DNA from: a virus
DNA: 64,000 nt
Strand: one strand, 5' to 3'
Virus record (IMG/VR): IMGVR_UViG_3300017991_000096
Coordinates: 15,246-79,245 of that record
Part shown: piece after piece, positions 28,808-38,563 of the stretch
Numbering within the stretch: position 1 is the stretch's first letter
Layout: each line of letters opens with the position of its first letter
Position numbers and translations under genes: made by a program
The notes under the pieces: generated by a model
What the model was told of the DNA's origin: nothing
What the model saw: only the letters and a program-made list of their open reading frames with translations
Database searches by the model: none

Positions 28808-30100
28808 ATGCCCGAGAATCCCGAGCGTGGTTTGATTACCACCATCATCGACAACGAAGCGGCCGACGAGGTCACTGCCTACGTCAAGACTCAATGGTTT
28901 TTCGATCCCGAGTGCCGGCAGGCGTGGAACATCATCGCCGCCCACTACCAGGATCACCGCGAGACGATCAGCCGCGCGCTCCTACGCGAGCAGTTGCCTG
29001 GCTTCACCTTCGAGCACTGGAGTGACAGCCACGAGGCGATGCTCAAGACCGTGCAGGAGAGGTACATCCGCAACCGAGCCATCGACATCGCGGAGGAGGC
29101 TGCGATCGAGCTAGAGGGTGACCCTCGCGCTGCGCTGAGCGAACTCGTGGCCGACCTGACTCGGTTGCAGGCAAGCATCGTCCGAGACGCAGGGGCGGAC
29201 ATCGCCGCGACGGTCCACGACGCCAAGGACCGCTACCACTACCGCAAGGACAACAAGGGTTCTCTCGGCCTCCCCTGGCCCTGGCCCCCGCTCCAGCGGA
29301 CCACGAACGGCGCCCACAACGGTAGCTACAACCTCATCTACGCCCGCGCTAAGCAGATGAAATCGTGGGTCGCCATGGTCATCCTCAAGCACTGGATCTA
29401 CCACCACCATCGACGGGTCATCGCCGTCAGCCGGGAGATGGGCAAGGATCAGATCCAAGATCGGTGGCTCTGCCTTTGGGCGGGCGTGGACTACAACCGC
29501 TTTCGCAGCGGTGACCTGGAGCCCACGGAGGAGGAGATGATGTCCGACGCCGCGGACGCCATCGAGGAGGTGGGATCGTTCTACGTCGAGAGCATCGAGG
29601 GCTACGGTGCTGCGGCGGCGGCCGAACTCGACGCGCTCTGCGAGCAGTATGAGCTAGAGGAGGGCGACGTTGTCTGGGTGGACGGCGCCTACTTCTTCGC
29701 TGAGGACTCCAACTGGCAGTCCTTCCGTTCGTTCTCGCAGGGCTTCAAGCAGGTGCTCCTGCGCCGCAACCTTGTCGGGCTCATCACGAGCCAAGGCAAC
29801 CGACAGGTGAGTAGCAAGCTAGACAGCGACGCAGGCGCCGAGATGGGGCTAGGTGACGCCCCGATCCAAGACTGCGACCTTGCCATGAAGCTCAAGTTGT
29901 TCCCCGAGGAGAAGCACCTACTGGTGCTCGTCAATACGCTCCGAGAGGGCGTCCCCTGCCAGTTCACCATCCACGCCCGACCGTGCGTAGACTTTGGCTT
30001 GAAGTTCAGCGAGGCCCCTGACCTTGACGATCAACCAAAACGGAAAGGACGGGTTGTCGGGGCACCCGTCGTCGGAAAGAAGCGCAACGAAGATGAGTGA
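28808..30100 (+). CDS. DnaB-like replicative helicase
   Basis: GLPWPW..L...TNG, variant Walker A YARAKQMKS, SREM, VWVDGAY, TSQ.NR, D..IQDCD. Confidence 0.75.
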   Translation: MPENPERGLITTIIDNEAADEVTAYVKTQWFFDPECRQAWNIIAAHYQDHRETISRALLREQLPGFTFEHWSDSHEAMLKTVQERYIRNRAIDIAEEAAIELEGDPRAALSELVADLTRLQASIVRDAGADIAATVHDAKDRYHYRKDNKGSLGLPWPWPPLQRTTNGAHNGSYNLIYARAKQMKSWVAMVILKHWIYHHHRRVIAVSREMGKDQIQDRWLCLWAGVDYNRFRSGDLEPTEEEMMSDAADAIEEVGSFYVESIEGYGAAAAAELDALCEQYELEEGDVVWVDGAYFFAEDSNWQSFRSFSQGFKQVLLRRNLVGLITSQGNRQVSSKLDSDAGAEMGLGDAPIQDCDLAMKLKLFPEEKHLLVLVNTLREGVPCQFTIHARPCVDFGLKFSEAPDLDDQPKRKGRVVGAPVVGKKRNEDE

Positions 30101-31133
30101 CATCGTACTCGCAACCTCCAAGGACATCGCTCTGCTCAACCAGTCGCAGGCGGTGACATCGTCCACGTCGAACCATCTCGCCATGCTGGCGATGGATTTC
30201 CACGACGCTGGTGTCCAGCAGCACATCAACTACCTCGCCTCACTTCTCTTTGAGGAGTCGTGCCATCTGCGATCCATCGCGGAGGGCAAGTTGCTGACCC
30301 TCAAGGAGCAGCAGGACAAGGAGAGCGGCGAGTCGGAGGACGCCTCGCATGACTTCCTGTTCGCCCACTACGACCAGCGCGAGGTGCAGGACCGCGGCGC
30401 CGACAACATCAAGTGGTACAACCCCCACACTGAGATCGGAGACACGACCGGATCGACCAGGCTTACCAAGAAGCGTGGTATCTGCTTCCACCACACCGCC
30501 GTCAAGGGTGGCTTCGGCACGCACTCCAGCCGCCGAGACTACTGGGCGAATCAAGGGCTGTCCTGGTCACCGGCTGTGCCCCAGCCCAACGGCAAGACGG
30601 CTCCAGGCATCTGGCGGTCGCAGCCCTCTGGGAACATGAACGGGGTCCGCTGGCAGGACTTGAACGAACAGCAGCAGACCGACGCATGGGTGCGGGCGAT
30701 GGCGCTGGCCGACCGCTACCGCGGGTACGTTCCGCAGGACTACAACAACGGCGTCCCGTATCAAGTCATCAGCGGCCCGAACTCGGTGCTGTACTACAAC
30801 CTGCCCTTCGACTGGGTCACCTACCATGGCAACGGGGCGAACACGCACTACCTCGGGTACGCCTGGGACGCCAAGAGCACGGTGGACACGTTCAACCCCG
30901 ACGATCTCCTCCGCGACATCAAGCAAACCATCCATGATGGTAAGGAGGAGGGGCACTTTCAAGACGGGCTGGAGTTCACCATGCACTGCGTCTACACGAA
31001 CAAACCGGACGACGTGGGCAAGGTCTTTGCCGAGTTCCTCGTGGACATCGCTGAGGAGTGCGACGCCACGATCCGCATGGACTACAAGGCCCACCCCTCC
31101 TACAAGTCCTTCAACGAGGTGCTGGCGGCGTGA
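30093..31133 (+). CDS. N-acetylmuramoyl-L-alanine amidase-like protein (possible endolysin)
   Basis: ICFHHTA, VPYQVI, TYHGNGAN, late H...K..D motif of Amidase_2-type enzymes. Confidence 0.6.
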   Translation: MSDIVLATSKDIALLNQSQAVTSSTSNHLAMLAMDFHDAGVQQHINYLASLLFEESCHLRSIAEGKLLTLKEQQDKESGESEDASHDFLFAHYDQREVQDRGADNIKWYNPHTEIGDTTGSTRLTKKRGICFHHTAVKGGFGTHSSRRDYWANQGLSWSPAVPQPNGKTAPGIWRSQPSGNMNGVRWQDLNEQQQTDAWVRAMALADRYRGYVPQDYNNGVPYQVISGPNSVLYYNLPFDWVTYHGNGANTHYLGYAWDAKSTVDTFNPDDLLRDIKQTIHDGKEEGHFQDGLEFTMHCVYTNKPDDVGKVFAEFLVDIAEECDATIRMDYKAHPSYKSFNEVLAA

Positions 31134-31468
31134 GGACTTCACCTGGAGAGCTACTCCGCCAAGACAAGGCCGAGTACATGGAGCTACTGGATCGCCTCGC
31201 CAGCCTGGACGAGCGCGAGGTGGCTCGCTACACCATCTTGGAGTATCTGCGCCTCGTGGCGCAGAGCATCGAGCAGGGTGCCAAGGCCACGGGCGGCCAC
31301 ACTGACCGCTCCAGGGCGACCATCTCAGTCATCCTCGCGCTCTGTTCCCAACTGAACCAGCCCAGCGACGCCGAGAGGAGCATGGTCATCACCGCCATCC
31401 TCCGTGGTAAGCAAGGGGCTTACCATGACGCCCTCAACGCACTAGGAGTGCCAACGGACGACACATGA
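31130..31468 (+). CDS. hypothetical protein
   Basis: Coupled on both sides (GTGA / ATGA); helical. Confidence 0.5.
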   Translation: MRTSPGELLRQDKAEYMELLDRLASLDEREVARYTILEYLRLVAQSIEQGAKATGGHTDRSRATISVILALCSQLNQPSDAERSMVITAILRGKQGAYHDALNALGVPTDDT

Positions 31469-32358
31469 ACCCCATCGAATCGACCCTCACTCGCCTGGGT
31501 GCGAAGGACCTTCGCCCCACACCCGAGGGATTCGAGTCGCGCTGCCCCGTTTGCAAGAGCAAGCGGCGCAGCTTCCGAGTAGCCCACGTCGGCAAGAACG
31601 GTCGCGTGGGCGCTTTCTTCTGTCACCGCTGTGGAGTGACAGGCGATCTCGTGTCCCTGCTCATGCAAGCCTACAGGATGAGTCGGAGCGAAGCGGAGAG
31701 CACCGCTACCGACACCGCCGGATGGGTCAAGCACCATCGACCTGACATCCCTGACGACCCCATGGGCCCGTGGGAGATCGAGCCGTACCGTGAGGTGCTG
31801 TCCGACTACCTCGTGGGCCGCGGCTTCGACCCCGAGTGGATCTGGCACTACCGGATCGGGATGGACCTGTTCACGAACGAGGTGGTCATCCCCAACTACG
31901 ATGCGGAGGGCAAGCTGGTGGGCATCACCCGCCGCGTTGCCGAGGACGGGGCGCTCTACGTCCACTCGAAGTTCTCCAAGAGTGACCACGTCTGGGGCCT
32001 CGACCTTGTGCCCAAGGATGCGAAGATGGTTGCTATCGTAGAGGGCCAGCTTGACTGCCTCGGTCTGGCCCCTCACATGGACATCCCCGTGTGCTCAACC
32101 AACGGTTCGTGGATGAGCAAGGCGCAGGCCAAGCTACTCTCCAACTACCTCGTGGTGCTCGCCTACGACAACGACCGCGAGGGCATCAAAGGTACGCAGC
32201 GAGCGATCCGCTTACTTCGGGATGCTGGCTCGACCGAAACCAGGGTCCTATCTTATCCTACAGACGATCCGGGCGATCTCGCCCAGAACCCCAACCCCAA
32301 CCTAAGCCTAGTCACTTCGATACGGTGGCTAGCTACCCGGAACAGGAACACGGAATGA
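31465..32358 (+). CDS. DnaG-like primase (Zn-binding plus TOPRIM)
   Basis: CPVC...FFCHRCG..GD, YL..RG, VEGQLD, YDNDREG, DPGDL. Confidence 0.85.
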   Translation: MNPIESTLTRLGAKDLRPTPEGFESRCPVCKSKRRSFRVAHVGKNGRVGAFFCHRCGVTGDLVSLLMQAYRMSRSEAESTATDTAGWVKHHRPDIPDDPMGPWEIEPYREVLSDYLVGRGFDPEWIWHYRIGMDLFTNEVVIPNYDAEGKLVGITRRVAEDGALYVHSKFSKSDHVWGLDLVPKDAKMVAIVEGQLDCLGLAPHMDIPVCSTNGSWMSKAQAKLLSNYLVVLAYDNDREGIKGTQRAIRLLRDAGSTETRVLSYPTDDPGDLAQNPNPNLSLVTSIRWLATRNRNTE

Positions 32359-33641
32359 CACTCAGAGGAGTAAAGACTGCCAAGGCCGCCAAGGCTGCGG
32401 CGAAGGACCGCGGCTCTCGCGGTGGACGCTTCAACCGCCGAATCCAGGCCAAGACCGACGAGCCGTTCATCGGTCGCTTTCGCGGGCTGACCGAGCCCCC
32501 GACGCGCGTCTGGGAGGAGGGCGAGTTGAACAAGCTCGACACTGACGACTTGGTGGAGATCTGTAGCGAGATCCAGGCGGTGTTCAAGGAGGACATGGAG
32601 AAGTCCGAACTCGTTGACGCCATCCTCGACCGCTACAAGAGTCTGGAGCCGGCGTTGAACGCACGCCACTACGTCGATCGCAACAAGGGTCGCAAGGGCG
32701 CCTTCACCTACATGAACTGCGGAGACTCCGAGGCGGCTGTGCTTGGTGACATCCGTACCAAGACGGACTGCGAGATCTGCAAGGCCAGGCTCAGCGGTGA
32801 CAAGGGCGTCGGCTGGCCGCAGACGACCAACTGGTTCTCGTTCTATGACTACCGCAAGGTCCACCGCATCCCGAGCGGCGACGAGGAGAAGGACGAGTAC
32901 GTGCCCTGCACGATGGAGGAGAAGGGCCACTGCAAGCAGTGCTCTCGCAACAAGAAGATCCTCGACCGCGAAGGCATGGACGAGGGCGACTTGAAGTTCG
33001 AGGACAACGACGCCTTCAACGAGTGGTGTGCCAAGACCGGCTATGCGCGGACCTACGCCAACGGTATGCGCATGTTCAACCTTGCCAACAAGTTCGCTGA
33101 TCTCGTGCTGGACCTCTCGGCTCGCATCAGCCGACACTGCCGATCCTGCGGCACCGGCAAGGTGAAGCCCACGGGCGCGTGCTGCCCCCACTGCGGGGAG
33201 GAGTACGACTGGGACGAACTCATCGAGGCAGGGTGGAATCCCGAGGAGATGCAGAACGTCGAATGTCCAGAGTGCGGCGAGGAGGGCGTGCCCGAGCCCA
33301 TGTACGAGTGCTCCAACTGCGACGACGCCAAGCCGGCGCGGCTGTGCGACGTGGACGTGCGGTGCGTGATGACGGGCGAGGGCACGAGCAAGAACTGGAC
33401 GTTCACGGAGCAGTTGCCTGTGCGACCCCTCGACTACACGGACGAGGAGGACGCGGTGATCCTGAGCACGCCCCTCCCCGACTACGACCGCGAACTGGCG
33501 CCCCCGAGTGTGGAGGAGCAACTCAAGTTCATTGGCAAGGCACCCGCTCGCGGCCCGACCCCTTCCGCCCCCGTCGTCGGCGGCAAGAAAAAGAAGAAGG
33601 GTGGCAAGGGCGGGAAGGGCATGTTCTCGAAACGAGGCTGA
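32355..33641 (+). CDS. multi-Zn-ribbon protein, possibly ssDNA-binding (gp32-like position)
   Basis: At least six CxxC pairs, an HeH-like insert and a Lys-rich tail; lies between primase and polymerase. Confidence 0.5.
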   Translation: MTLRGVKTAKAAKAAAKDRGSRGGRFNRRIQAKTDEPFIGRFRGLTEPPTRVWEEGELNKLDTDDLVEICSEIQAVFKEDMEKSELVDAILDRYKSLEPALNARHYVDRNKGRKGAFTYMNCGDSEAAVLGDIRTKTDCEICKARLSGDKGVGWPQTTNWFSFYDYRKVHRIPSGDEEKDEYVPCTMEEKGHCKQCSRNKKILDREGMDEGDLKFEDNDAFNEWCAKTGYARTYANGMRMFNLANKFADLVLDLSARISRHCRSCGTGKVKPTGACCPHCGEEYDWDELIEAGWNPEEMQNVECPECGEEGVPEPMYECSNCDDAKPARLCDVDVRCVMTGEGTSKNWTFTEQLPVRPLDYTDEEDAVILSTPLPDYDRELAPPSVEEQLKFIGKAPARGPTPSAPVVGGKKKKKGGKGGKGMFSKRG

Positions 33642-33644
33642 GTC

Positions 33645-35855
33645 ATGCTCCCTGCGCTCTACAGAGAGGGGCAGTACCCCTACGACGTAGACGCCGAGGT
33701 CGCAGCCATCTGGACCGTGGAGACGCCCTCCGAGCTAGCCGAAGTGCTGGACTACTTGGAGGGCGTCTCGTCCGTGGTGGCCGTTGATACCGAGGCGGAC
33801 GACATCGACCCGAGCAGCGAGAGCGCGGCCGGGAAGGGTCGGCTCGTGACCACGCAGCTAGCGTGGATCGAGGACATCGAGCAGTACGCCGACGTGGACG
33901 CCATCGTCGCCGCCATCCGCCGCGACGAGGTCACCATCGAGCGTGTGTGGATCGACTGCCGCGACCCCGAGATGGTGCGCCTCCTCAAGCCCTGGCTTGA
34001 AGATGACCACCCCAAGGTTCTGCACAACGTCGATTTCGATAAGCACATCTTCCGCAACCACGGTATCTGCCTCGATGGTATCGTTGGGGATACGCTATAC
34101 ATGAGCCGTCTGGAGTACCCAGAGCGGATCAGCCACGCGCTCGACGGTGGCATGGGGCTCGTGTCCAAGCTGCTGGGTGAGAAGCGGCTCACAACCAAGC
34201 AAGCGCTCGCCGTCAACAAGTTCAAGAAGGACGGCTCGCTGGGCAAGGCTGTCGAGTGGTACGGGATGCTCAACTGCGTCGAGGACGAGGAGATGCGCCC
34301 GTTCCAGCAGGTGTACTCGACCTTCGACGTGCTCGACACCGTGCGGCTCTACTACGTGCTGGTGAGCAAGCTGGGCGACTGGGAGTGGGCTGGGGACTCT
34401 CGTGGCCTCCTCGGATACTGGGAGGACACGGGGTGCTCCTACGCCGTCAACACTCTGCACGACATGGAGCGCCAAGGGGTCTGCGTTGACCCTGGCATCG
34501 TGGAGATGCTCATCGAGGAGTACGAGGCGTACCGCGACTCTCTCGACGCAAGGCTGTGGCGCTGGGCTGGGTGCCAGATCAACTGGAACAGCCCGAAGCA
34601 GAAGTCCTACCTGCTGTTCGGGCCAGAGGGCGAGGCACGAGAGTTCAAGGACACAAAGCGACGCACTGACATCGTCATCGTCGGCAAGGAGTTGCCGTTC
34701 AACGAGGACCCGCCCGAGGACGGCGATGTCGAGTTCTTCCCGAGCACGGACCAGAGCGCCCTACAGTACATCCTTCGATGCTATGTCGAGGAGGACGGCT
34801 GGGTGTCGGAGGAGGACGCGACGGCGATCAAGCTGCTACAGGAACGGCAGAAGGTCGAGAAGCTGATCAGCGGCACCCTCTACCCGCTCCAGCGGAACAT
34901 GCGGTCACGCCACGCTTCGGGCCTCCGCGACCAGGGTCCGTACACCTACGTCCACTCCAACTTCTCGGTGGGCACGAGGACAGGTCGCCTCGCATCGAAC
35001 AGCCCCAACCTCCAGAACATCCCCGCACGGTCCCGCATGGGCCGGCGTATCCGCCACGCATTCATCTGCGAGAAGGGTGAGGTCATGCTCGTCTGCGACT
35101 ACTCGCAGCTAGAGCTACGCATCCTCGCCTACTACGCGATGGTGCTGTTCAACGACCCGTCGTTCTGGAACGTGCTCAAGTCTGGCGACGTTCACCAGGC
35201 GACGGCGGACAGCCTTGGTATCAAGCGCTCCGCAGCCAAGGCGATCAACTTCGGTCTGGCTTACGGCATGTCGGCCTTCAAGCTAGCCAACGACCTGGGT
35301 ATCACCGAAGCCGAAGCCAACGACATCCTCGACAGGTTCTTCCGCCTCTACCCTGGCGTGAAGCGGTACATGGACTGGGCCAAGGCATACGCCCACGAGA
35401 ACGGGGCAGCGCGCACCATCCTGGGTCGCTACCGCCAACTGCCCGACATCAACAGCCGCAACCGCAAGTACCGGAGCGCCGCAGAGCGCCGCGCCATGAA
35501 CACCCCGATCCAGGGTAGCGCCCAGGACATCGTCGGCACGGCGATGGTGGCGTTGGAGAACGACCTAGAGCTTGCCAGGTACGGCTTCATCATGCGGCTC
35601 CAGGTTCACGACGAGATCGTGGCGACCTGCAAGCTGGAGCACCGCGAGGCCGCGCTGGCCCGCATGATTGAGGTGATGGAGAACGCCATGCCCGCAGAAA
35701 CCATGGCAGGGGTTCACTTCCGCGTTGACGGCCACTGGGGCCACTCATGGGCGGAAGCCAAAGAAGGTGGCATGTTTACGTGCCCCAAGTGTCGCGGCAA
35801 GGGCTGCGACTTCTGCGAAGATGGAGAACTGCACGACTGGAAGGTAGCAGCATGA
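33645..35855 (+). CDS. polA: family A DNA polymerase with 3'-5' exonuclease
   Basis: Exo motifs DTE, HNVDFD, YSTFD; TGRLASNSPNLQNIP, DYSQLELR, R..AKAINFGLAYG, NTPIQGSA, QVHDE. Confidence 0.95.
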   Translation: MLPALYREGQYPYDVDAEVAAIWTVETPSELAEVLDYLEGVSSVVAVDTEADDIDPSSESAAGKGRLVTTQLAWIEDIEQYADVDAIVAAIRRDEVTIERVWIDCRDPEMVRLLKPWLEDDHPKVLHNVDFDKHIFRNHGICLDGIVGDTLYMSRLEYPERISHALDGGMGLVSKLLGEKRLTTKQALAVNKFKKDGSLGKAVEWYGMLNCVEDEEMRPFQQVYSTFDVLDTVRLYYVLVSKLGDWEWAGDSRGLLGYWEDTGCSYAVNTLHDMERQGVCVDPGIVEMLIEEYEAYRDSLDARLWRWAGCQINWNSPKQKSYLLFGPEGEAREFKDTKRRTDIVIVGKELPFNEDPPEDGDVEFFPSTDQSALQYILRCYVEEDGWVSEEDATAIKLLQERQKVEKLISGTLYPLQRNMRSRHASGLRDQGPYTYVHSNFSVGTRTGRLASNSPNLQNIPARSRMGRRIRHAFICEKGEVMLVCDYSQLELRILAYYAMVLFNDPSFWNVLKSGDVHQATADSLGIKRSAAKAINFGLAYGMSAFKLANDLGITEAEANDILDRFFRLYPGVKRYMDWAKAYAHENGAARTILGRYRQLPDINSRNRKYRSAAERRAMNTPIQGSAQDIVGTAMVALENDLELARYGFIMRLQVHDEIVATCKLEHREAALARMIEVMENAMPAETMAGVHFRVDGHWGHSWAEAKEGGMFTCPKCRGKGCDFCEDGELHDWKVAA

Positions 35856-36067
35856 CTGACGACAAGGAACAGAGACTCAAGAGTCTGCGCCGACGGGCGC
35901 ACAACATCGAGACGAGCCGGCTCGACGGGGTGATCGACAGCGTCGTGAAGTCCAAAGGCCACGAACTGTGGAGCAGCGAGCAGGAGTGGCAGGAGTGGCT
36001 CGACGTGCTCAAGGCCGAGAAGCAGCGCCGAGAGGAGGGGACCAATGGGGTGGAAGCGGACAGCTAA
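35852..36067 (+). CDS. hypothetical protein
   Basis: ATGA coupling to the polymerase gene; 71 aa. Confidence 0.5.
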   Translation: MTDDKEQRLKSLRRRAHNIETSRLDGVIDSVVKSKGHELWSSEQEWQEWLDVLKAEKQRREEGTNGVEADS

Positions 36068-36278
36068 GCGCATCATCATCGCCCTGTACTGGGAGTTCTG
36101 CCAGGACGAGGATGACTTCATGCAGTCTGTCGCCGTGGCGCACTTCGACGGCAACACCGCTGACGACGTTGTGGTCGCCCTCCTCGACCAGACCTTCGAG
36201 GGCACCGGCAAGAAGGCAGTCCGCATCCAGCGGACCCGGATCGGAAGGGGGCGGCCCCATGCCACGCAAGTCCGATAA
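36045..36278 (+). CDS. hypothetical protein
   Basis: GGAGG RBS; overlaps both neighbours; 77 aa. Confidence 0.5.
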   Translation: MGWKRTAKRIIIALYWEFCQDEDDFMQSVAVAHFDGNTADDVVVALLDQTFEGTGKKAVRIQRTRIGRGRPHATQVR

Positions 36279-37548
36279 GCCGAAGCTGAAAGGCGGCAAG
36301 CAGAAAGGTAAGGCTAAGGCCAAGCCTGACGCGAAGCTGGCGAAGGTCCGCGACATCGCCAACACCATCAACAAGAAGCTGGGTGGGAAGGGCACCGTGC
36401 TCGTGGGCGCGGACATCGAGGAGCTAGAGTTCCAGAAGGTCCGTACCAACAACCCAGCCATCGACTACGTGACGAACGGCGGCATCATCCGTGGTCGCAT
36501 CACGCAGTTCTGGGGCCCAGAGGGCTGCGCCAAGACGACGAGCCTAGCCGCGGTGATTCGACACTTCCAGAGCCTTGGACTCGTCTGCGGCTTCGCTCCC
36601 GTCGAGGGCTTCGACAAGGGGTGGTGGCGCAACGTCGGCGTGTTCATCCCCTACGGCTCCAAGGAGTTGGAGCGCATGGACAAGGCCAAGCGGAGGCAGG
36701 CAGAGCGGTACAACCTGTTCTACCAGGACGCAGGGTACTCGCCCCTCGTGCTCGTCCAGCACCGGGCAGGCGACGAGGTGCTCCAGATGATCTACGACCT
36801 GACGAAGTCCAACGCCTTCGACTTCCTGGGGCTCGACTCGCTCGGTGCCATCACGTCGTCCCGCATCCTAGACGACAAGGACGTGAGCGACCCGTCCGAG
36901 TATGGCGGTGAGGCCAAGCTGTTCAACACCTTCCAGCGCTTCATGCAGTCGGCGTTCAACACCTACTACGACGACGATGGCAACGCCGACGCCAGTGGCC
37001 GCAACCTGAATCAAACCATGGTTGTCGCCATCAATCAGGCTCGTGTGGCGATCGGTGTACGAGCCATGCGCCGCGAAAAGCAGTTCTACCCGACCGGCGG
37101 GCAGGGGCTCAAACACTTCTGGTCCCAGAGCGTGTTCTTCGACCACATCGCGTCCGACGAGCAGAGCGACACGGTGTCCTACGACGGGCACCAGCGGCGG
37201 GACGTGTACGCCAAGACTTTCAGGGTCTTCGGCCACAAGATGCGCGGCGGGCCTCCCGACCGCGACGCCAGGTTCACCCTTCATGTCAAGAACCACACGC
37301 ACGACGGACAGTCGTGGCGTGCAGGGCAGATCGACACCGTCAGCACGGTGCGAGCGCTGGGCGTCATGCTCGGCGTCATCGACAGATCGGGCGCTCACTA
37401 CAGCTACGGTGGCACCCGCATTCACGGCAAGGCGAACTTTGACGCAGCCCTTTGGAACGACCCCAGCCTCTACCAAGAGGTCTACGACGCAGTCATCGAC
37501 AAGGCGATCGAACAGAGCGGTGCGCACAGCGTACCGGGCACGGAGTAA
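36259..37548 (+). CDS. recA: RecA-like recombinase with Lys-rich N-terminus
   Basis: GGIIRGRITQFWGPEGCAKTT, LDSLGA, INQAR, PTGGQGLKHF, I.RSGA.YSY. Confidence 0.9.
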   Translation: MPRKSDKPKLKGGKQKGKAKAKPDAKLAKVRDIANTINKKLGGKGTVLVGADIEELEFQKVRTNNPAIDYVTNGGIIRGRITQFWGPEGCAKTTSLAAVIRHFQSLGLVCGFAPVEGFDKGWWRNVGVFIPYGSKELERMDKAKRRQAERYNLFYQDAGYSPLVLVQHRAGDEVLQMIYDLTKSNAFDFLGLDSLGAITSSRILDDKDVSDPSEYGGEAKLFNTFQRFMQSAFNTYYDDDGNADASGRNLNQTMVVAINQARVAIGVRAMRREKQFYPTGGQGLKHFWSQSVFFDHIASDEQSDTVSYDGHQRRDVYAKTFRVFGHKMRGGPPDRDARFTLHVKNHTHDGQSWRAGQIDTVSTVRALGVMLGVIDRSGAHYSYGGTRIHGKANFDAALWNDPSLYQEVYDAVIDKAIEQSGAHSVPGTE

Positions 37549-37552
37549 GGAA

Positions 37553-38059
37553 ATGACCAAGCAAGAGATCAAAGAAGCCATCGAGGATATCAAAGAGTCA
37601 ATCTCGGCCGCAGCCTCAGACGCAGCATCCGCCGTGTCTGAGGCACAGGACGCCGAGAACAACGCTGACAGGGCGTACAGGTATCTGGAGTCGCTGGAGA
37701 AGGAGTTGCAGGAGATGACGGAGGACATGCCGCTGCACGACAGCGTGGTGCTCCTTCTCCACGCGCTGCTGCCCTTGAACGACGACCTGGCCGAGATGAC
37801 GCAGGAAGATCTGGAGTGCGAGGGCTCCGAGTTCGTCCCCAGGATCGGCGTAGCGCAGCGCAGGGCCCGTGAGGTGCTCAAGGAGATTCACGAGCAACCA
37901 GGCTCGCCCTCTATCGTGTCTGCCGGCTCTGAGCAGGCGCGGATCATGGTGAAGGTCGTGAAGGAGGAGTGCGAGGATGCGCTTCCTGATCACGTCGTGG
38001 CGCTACTCAAGAGTCTGTTTCACGCCACCTACATCGCGGGGACGAGTCACCGTGGATAG
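37553..38059 (+). CDS. hypothetical coiled-coil protein
   Basis: GGAG/AAGG RBS; acidic, helical. Confidence 0.55.
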   Translation: MTKQEIKEAIEDIKESISAAASDAASAVSEAQDAENNADRAYRYLESLEKELQEMTEDMPLHDSVVLLLHALLPLNDDLAEMTQEDLECEGSEFVPRIGVAQRRAREVLKEIHEQPGSPSIVSAGSEQARIMVKVVKEECEDALPDHVVALLKSLFHATYIAGTSHRG

Positions 38060-38249
38060 CACCGAACCCATCGAGGTTTTCTTCGAGAAGGAGATCAGCA
38101 CCTCGGACAAGTCCGTGCTGTTCCGCTTCACATGCGGCACGGAGGCATGGATCCCGCGCTCGCAGATCAAGCGGCAGGTGATGTACGACGACGGCAGCGG
38201 GGCGATCTCCATCCCTGAGTGGCTCGCCCTGGACAGGGGCGTTAGTTGA
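38052..38249 (+). CDS. small phage protein (WIPxSQI motif)
   Basis: TSDKSVLF....EAWIPRSQI...I.IPEWLA. Confidence 0.6.
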   Translation: MDSTEPIEVFFEKEISTSDKSVLFRFTCGTEAWIPRSQIKRQVMYDDGSGAISIPEWLALDRGVS

Positions 38250-38563
38250 AGCGTCGCAAGCGCTGGAAAGTGCAGGAGGCTCGCTTGGGCCGGGAGGGCG
38301 CACGTCGTGTTCCCGGTTCAGGCGCAGGCTTTCTCAAGGGCGACAACAAGGGTGAGACTTTCCTCATCCAAGCCAAGACCACGGGCAAGAAGCAGTACAC
38401 GCTGACCATCAAGGATCTTCGCAAGATGGTGGACGATGCCAACGTGGAGGATCGCATCCCTGTTATGCAAATAGAGTTCCATACCAACGATGGGGAGCAG
38501 TATGCTGTGCTTCGCTGGGCGGACTTCACTGCTATACTGGAGGACTCGGATCTGGACCTATGA
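38246..38563 (+). CDS. PD-(D/E)xK nuclease / Holliday junction resolvase-like
   Basis: QE..L....RVPGSGA...KGD......IQAKTT. Confidence 0.7.
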   Translation: MKRRKRWKVQEARLGREGARRVPGSGAGFLKGDNKGETFLIQAKTTGKKQYTLTIKDLRKMVDDANVEDRIPVMQIEFHTNDGEQYAVLRWADFTAILEDSDLDL

